Source: an uncultured Poribacteria bacterium
Lineage (GTDB): Bacteria; Poribacteria; WGA-4E; WGA-3G
DNA length: 64,000 nt
NCBI GenBank assembly: GCA_951813565.1
Contig: OX638351.1
Coordinates: 1,632,001 to 1,696,000, forward strand
Reading direction: 5' to 3'
Positions 61,394 through 64,000 of the stretch are shown piece after piece. The notes beneath the pieces were generated by a model. It was given only the letters and a program-made list of their open reading frames with translations. It had not been told where the DNA came from and did not search any database. Position 1 is the stretch's first letter. The number at the start of each line of letters is the position of its first letter. The position numbers and the translations under genes were made by a program.

Positions 61394-62314
61394 ATGGGAG
61401 AGTTTTCAGTAGGAGTCCCGATATTAGCGGTAATTGTTCTCATCGTTATTTTTATGTTCTTCTGGTTCGTCCCAGTTGGGCTCTGGATTGCTGCTGTTGC
61501 AGCCGGTGCCCCATTGCGCATTTCTGAACTCATTGGAATGCGACTGAGACGAGTTAATCCAAATGTCATTGTTAGAGCACTTATCAGTAGCCACAAAGCT
61601 GGGTTGACAGTGGCAACGTCTGATTTAGAGGCACACTATCTTGCTGGAGGTAACGTTCTTAATGTTGTCAGTGCGCTTATTGCGGCAGATAAAGCGAGAA
61701 ATATTAACCTTGATTTCACGCAAGCAGCTGCAATTGATTTAGCAGGTAGAGATGTGTTTGAGGCGGTTCAAATCAGCGTTAACCCGCGCGTCATAACTAC
61801 TTCCAGAATCAGCGCGCTTGCACTTGATGGCGTTGAACTGATTGCCACCGTCAAAATCACTGTGCGTACTTTTATCAATCGCCTTGTCGGTGGTGCTGGT
61901 GAAGAAACCATCATTGCACGTGTCGGTGAGGGCATCATCAGTGCGATCGGTGCATCTGAAACTTACGAAGATGTGCTTGAAAATCCAGATATTATCTCAA
62001 AAACTGTTCTGGATCGTGGGCTTGATGCAGGTACCGCTTTTGAAATCCTGTCTATTGATATTGCAGACGTGAACGTTGGGAAAAATATAGGTGCAGAACT
62101 TCAAGCGGAACAAGCAGAGGCTGACCTTGTTGTTGCACAGGCAAAGGCGGAAGAACGCCGCGCACTCGCTGTTGCAAGGAAACAGGAGATGACTGCAGGT
62201 GTTCAGGAACAGCGCGCAAAGGTTGTGGAAGCAGAAGCTACTGTGCCTCGCGCACTCGCCAGTGCCTTTCGTGAAGGCAATTTAGATATTTCACCTCAGA
62301 GAGAAGGAGAATAA
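61394..62314 (+). CDS. floA: Flotillin-like protein FloA/YqfA (paralog 1)
   Basis: [46 protein letters not shown]. Confidence 0.92.
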   Translation: MGEFSVGVPILAVIVLIVIFMFFWFVPVGLWIAAVAAGAPLRISELIGMRLRRVNPNVIVRALISSHKAGLTVATSDLEAHYLAGGNVLNVVSALIAADKARNINLDFTQAAAIDLAGRDVFEAVQISVNPRVITTSRISALALDGVELIATVKITVRTFINRLVGGAGEETIIARVGEGIISAIGASETYEDVLENPDIISKTVLDRGLDAGTAFEILSIDIADVNVGKNIGAELQAEQAEADLVVAQAKAEERRALAVARKQEMTAGVQEQRAKVVEAEATVPRALASAFREGNLDISPQREGE

Positions 62315-62315
62315 A

Positions 62316-63341
62316 ATGGTTTTTGTTGCAATTATTGCTGTTTGTATTCTGCTATTTTTAATCGTTGTTGGATGGTTCGTTCCACTTGGATTGTGGATTA
62401 CTGCAATTGCAGCGGGAGTTAAAGTCGGTATTTTTGACCTCGTAGCGATGCGTTTACGTCGTGTGCCACCCAACCAAATTGTTGAACCACAAATTAACGC
62501 AACTAAGGCAGGGTTAAGTCTTTCGCTTGATGATCTTGAGGCACATCTCCTCGCGGGTGGACGTGTAGGAAGTGTTGTTGCTGCACTCATCGCCGCAGAT
62601 AAAGCGAACATTGACCTTGAATTCGCACAAGCCGCCGCTATTGATTTAGCAGGTAGGGATGTCTTACAAGCTGTACAGGTCAGTGTTACACCAGAAATTA
62701 TTGATATTCCAAGCCAAGAGGATCCAAACAGCGGCATTACTGCGGTTGCGCGCGATGGAATCCAACTCATTGTCAAAGCACGCGTCACCGTTAGAGCAAA
62801 CATTGATCGCCTCGTCGGTGGTGCTACCGAAGATACCATACGTGCAAGGGTCGGCGAAGGTATTATCACAACGATCGGGTCTTCCGGGAACCATAAACAA
62901 GTTTTGGAAAACCCAGTACGAATCTCTGAAACAGTGCTTGAAAAAGGGCTTGAGGCTGGAACCGCCTTTGAAATTTTGTCTATTGATATCGCTGACATCA
63001 ATGTTGGTGAGAACGTTGGGGCAAAATTACAAACCGATCAGGCACAAGCTGAGCTTAAGATAGCACGCGCAAAAGCGGAAGAGCAACGCGCACGTGCAGA
63101 AGCGGAAGAAGAAGAAAATAAGGCACTTGTTGAAGAAATGACAGTGAAATTGATTGCAGCGGAAGCTGAAATTCCGCTTTCTATCTCAGATGCATTTAAT
63201 TCAACAAGGATGAGTGTGATGGATTATTACACGCTTCGCAATATCCTTGCAGATACTGAAATGCGTCAATCCATCGCCTCACCAGGTGGTCCTGAAGACG
63301 GAGACACAACCCGATCTTCTCATTCCTTGGGGCTCTCATAA
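62316..63341 (+). CDS. floA: Flotillin-like protein FloA/YqfA (paralog 2)
   Basis: Same motifs plus the C-terminal VMDYY..RNI.ADTEMR. Confidence 0.92.
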   Translation: MVFVAIIAVCILLFLIVVGWFVPLGLWITAIAAGVKVGIFDLVAMRLRRVPPNQIVEPQINATKAGLSLSLDDLEAHLLAGGRVGSVVAALIAADKANIDLEFAQAAAIDLAGRDVLQAVQVSVTPEIIDIPSQEDPNSGITAVARDGIQLIVKARVTVRANIDRLVGGATEDTIRARVGEGIITTIGSSGNHKQVLENPVRISETVLEKGLEAGTAFEILSIDIADINVGENVGAKLQTDQAQAELKIARAKAEEQRARAEAEEEENKALVEEMTVKLIAAEAEIPLSISDAFNSTRMSVMDYYTLRNILADTEMRQSIASPGGPEDGDTTRSSHSLGLS

Positions 63342-63363
63342 ATAACTTCTAAAGGAGAAACTG

Positions 63364-63840
63364 ATGGGATTTGATCTGGAAGCACTAATTCCTATAATTA
63401 TCTTTCTACTTATAATGATATTTGGAGGAATGCGCCGTCGGAAAACTGACCAACGCCCAGCTGAAAACAACCAAAGTCAAACTGAAAACATGAGTGAGGT
63501 TGATACGGCTCAAGAAAGTGAAACTGTATTTCCGCCATTTATGGAAAATTTTGAGGGTTTTCCCTCTGAACCAGAAATGGTGGAGGAAACTGTGGAAAAC
63601 ACCGAAGCGGATATGCCAATGGTTGCGGCGCAATCTGAACCAGAACCCGTTCAAGAACCAGCACCTGAAAGAAAACCTATAGAACCGCCACCGATCCCAG
63701 TGGATTCTCGGACTCCGCTGCCAACGAAACCGTTACCTATAACTTCTCTGATTGATCCGTCTCCCGAAACATTTCGTCAAGGTATCATTCTTGCTGAAAT
63801 CCTCGGGAAACCTAAGACACTGCGAATGAGGAGAAGGTAA
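63364..63840 (+). CDS. Membrane-anchored Pro/Glu-rich protein (YqfB-like position)
   Basis: N-terminal TM; C-terminal RQGIILAEILGKPK. Confidence 0.7.
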   Translation: MGFDLEALIPIIIFLLIMIFGGMRRRKTDQRPAENNQSQTENMSEVDTAQESETVFPPFMENFEGFPSEPEMVEETVENTEADMPMVAAQSEPEPVQEPAPERKPIEPPPIPVDSRTPLPTKPLPITSLIDPSPETFRQGIILAEILGKPKTLRMRRR

Positions 63841-63867
63841 ACATATAGAAACGCAAAACAGTTCTTA

Positions 63868-63999
63868 TACCATTTCTAATTGATCGCCTTTCATTAACAA
63901 AAAACGCGTTTGTAGTCGCGCAATTCATTGCCAAATCAACGCCAAATGCGCGTTTGGCATTTGGCGCCTCGGACATTCTTCAACTCAGCTTGAACCGAT
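63868..63999. mobile_element. MITE family C (runs off the window) with micro-hairpin insert
   Basis: TTA|TACCATTTCTAATTGA; homologous to the 30887 copy plus 34 extra bp. Confidence 0.75.
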
Positions 64000-64000
64000 A

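Overview
A 64-kb bacterial chromosomal window of moderately low GC. The gene content (LRR-dockerin secreted protein, a C-terminal 'V.P.GK..TWG.IK' tail, iol genes, trypsin-TPR paralogs) suggests Candidatus Poribacteria or a relative; this is an inference. Intact core and metabolic genes: eda, iolC, iolD, rlmB, radC, rpsA, metK, ahcY, ileS, glnE, an alkaline phosphatase, leuA, aroF, sugar kinases and an nfeD-nfeD-floA-floA operon, plus a partner-switching/two-component cluster. They alternate with decaying accessory genes for secreted or surface proteins (LRR-dockerin, STT3-like OST, TonB-dependent receptor, two secreted unknowns). Three complete IS elements have resolvable ends: an IS630, an IS4/IS50-like element and an IS607. 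The IS607 carries a rearranged-RuvC, Zn-finger-less pro-Fanzor-type TnpB whose frame stays open across tnpA, and it sits in the GG of a Shine-Dalgarno sequence. Intergenic DNA holds nested non-autonomous elements: GTAG-footed REPs, several MITE families (one duplicates a whole 20-22 bp REP hairpin) and a ~34-bp hairpin micro-element that inserts without a target duplication and stacks in tandem in either order. Two leader-peptide attenuators absent from the ORF track are visible (Ile-rich before ileS; Leu plus aromatic before aroF-leuA), as are a ~350-nt structured leader and a recurring uncharacterised membrane-anchored/secreted gene pair. No rRNA, tRNA or CRISPR array was seen.
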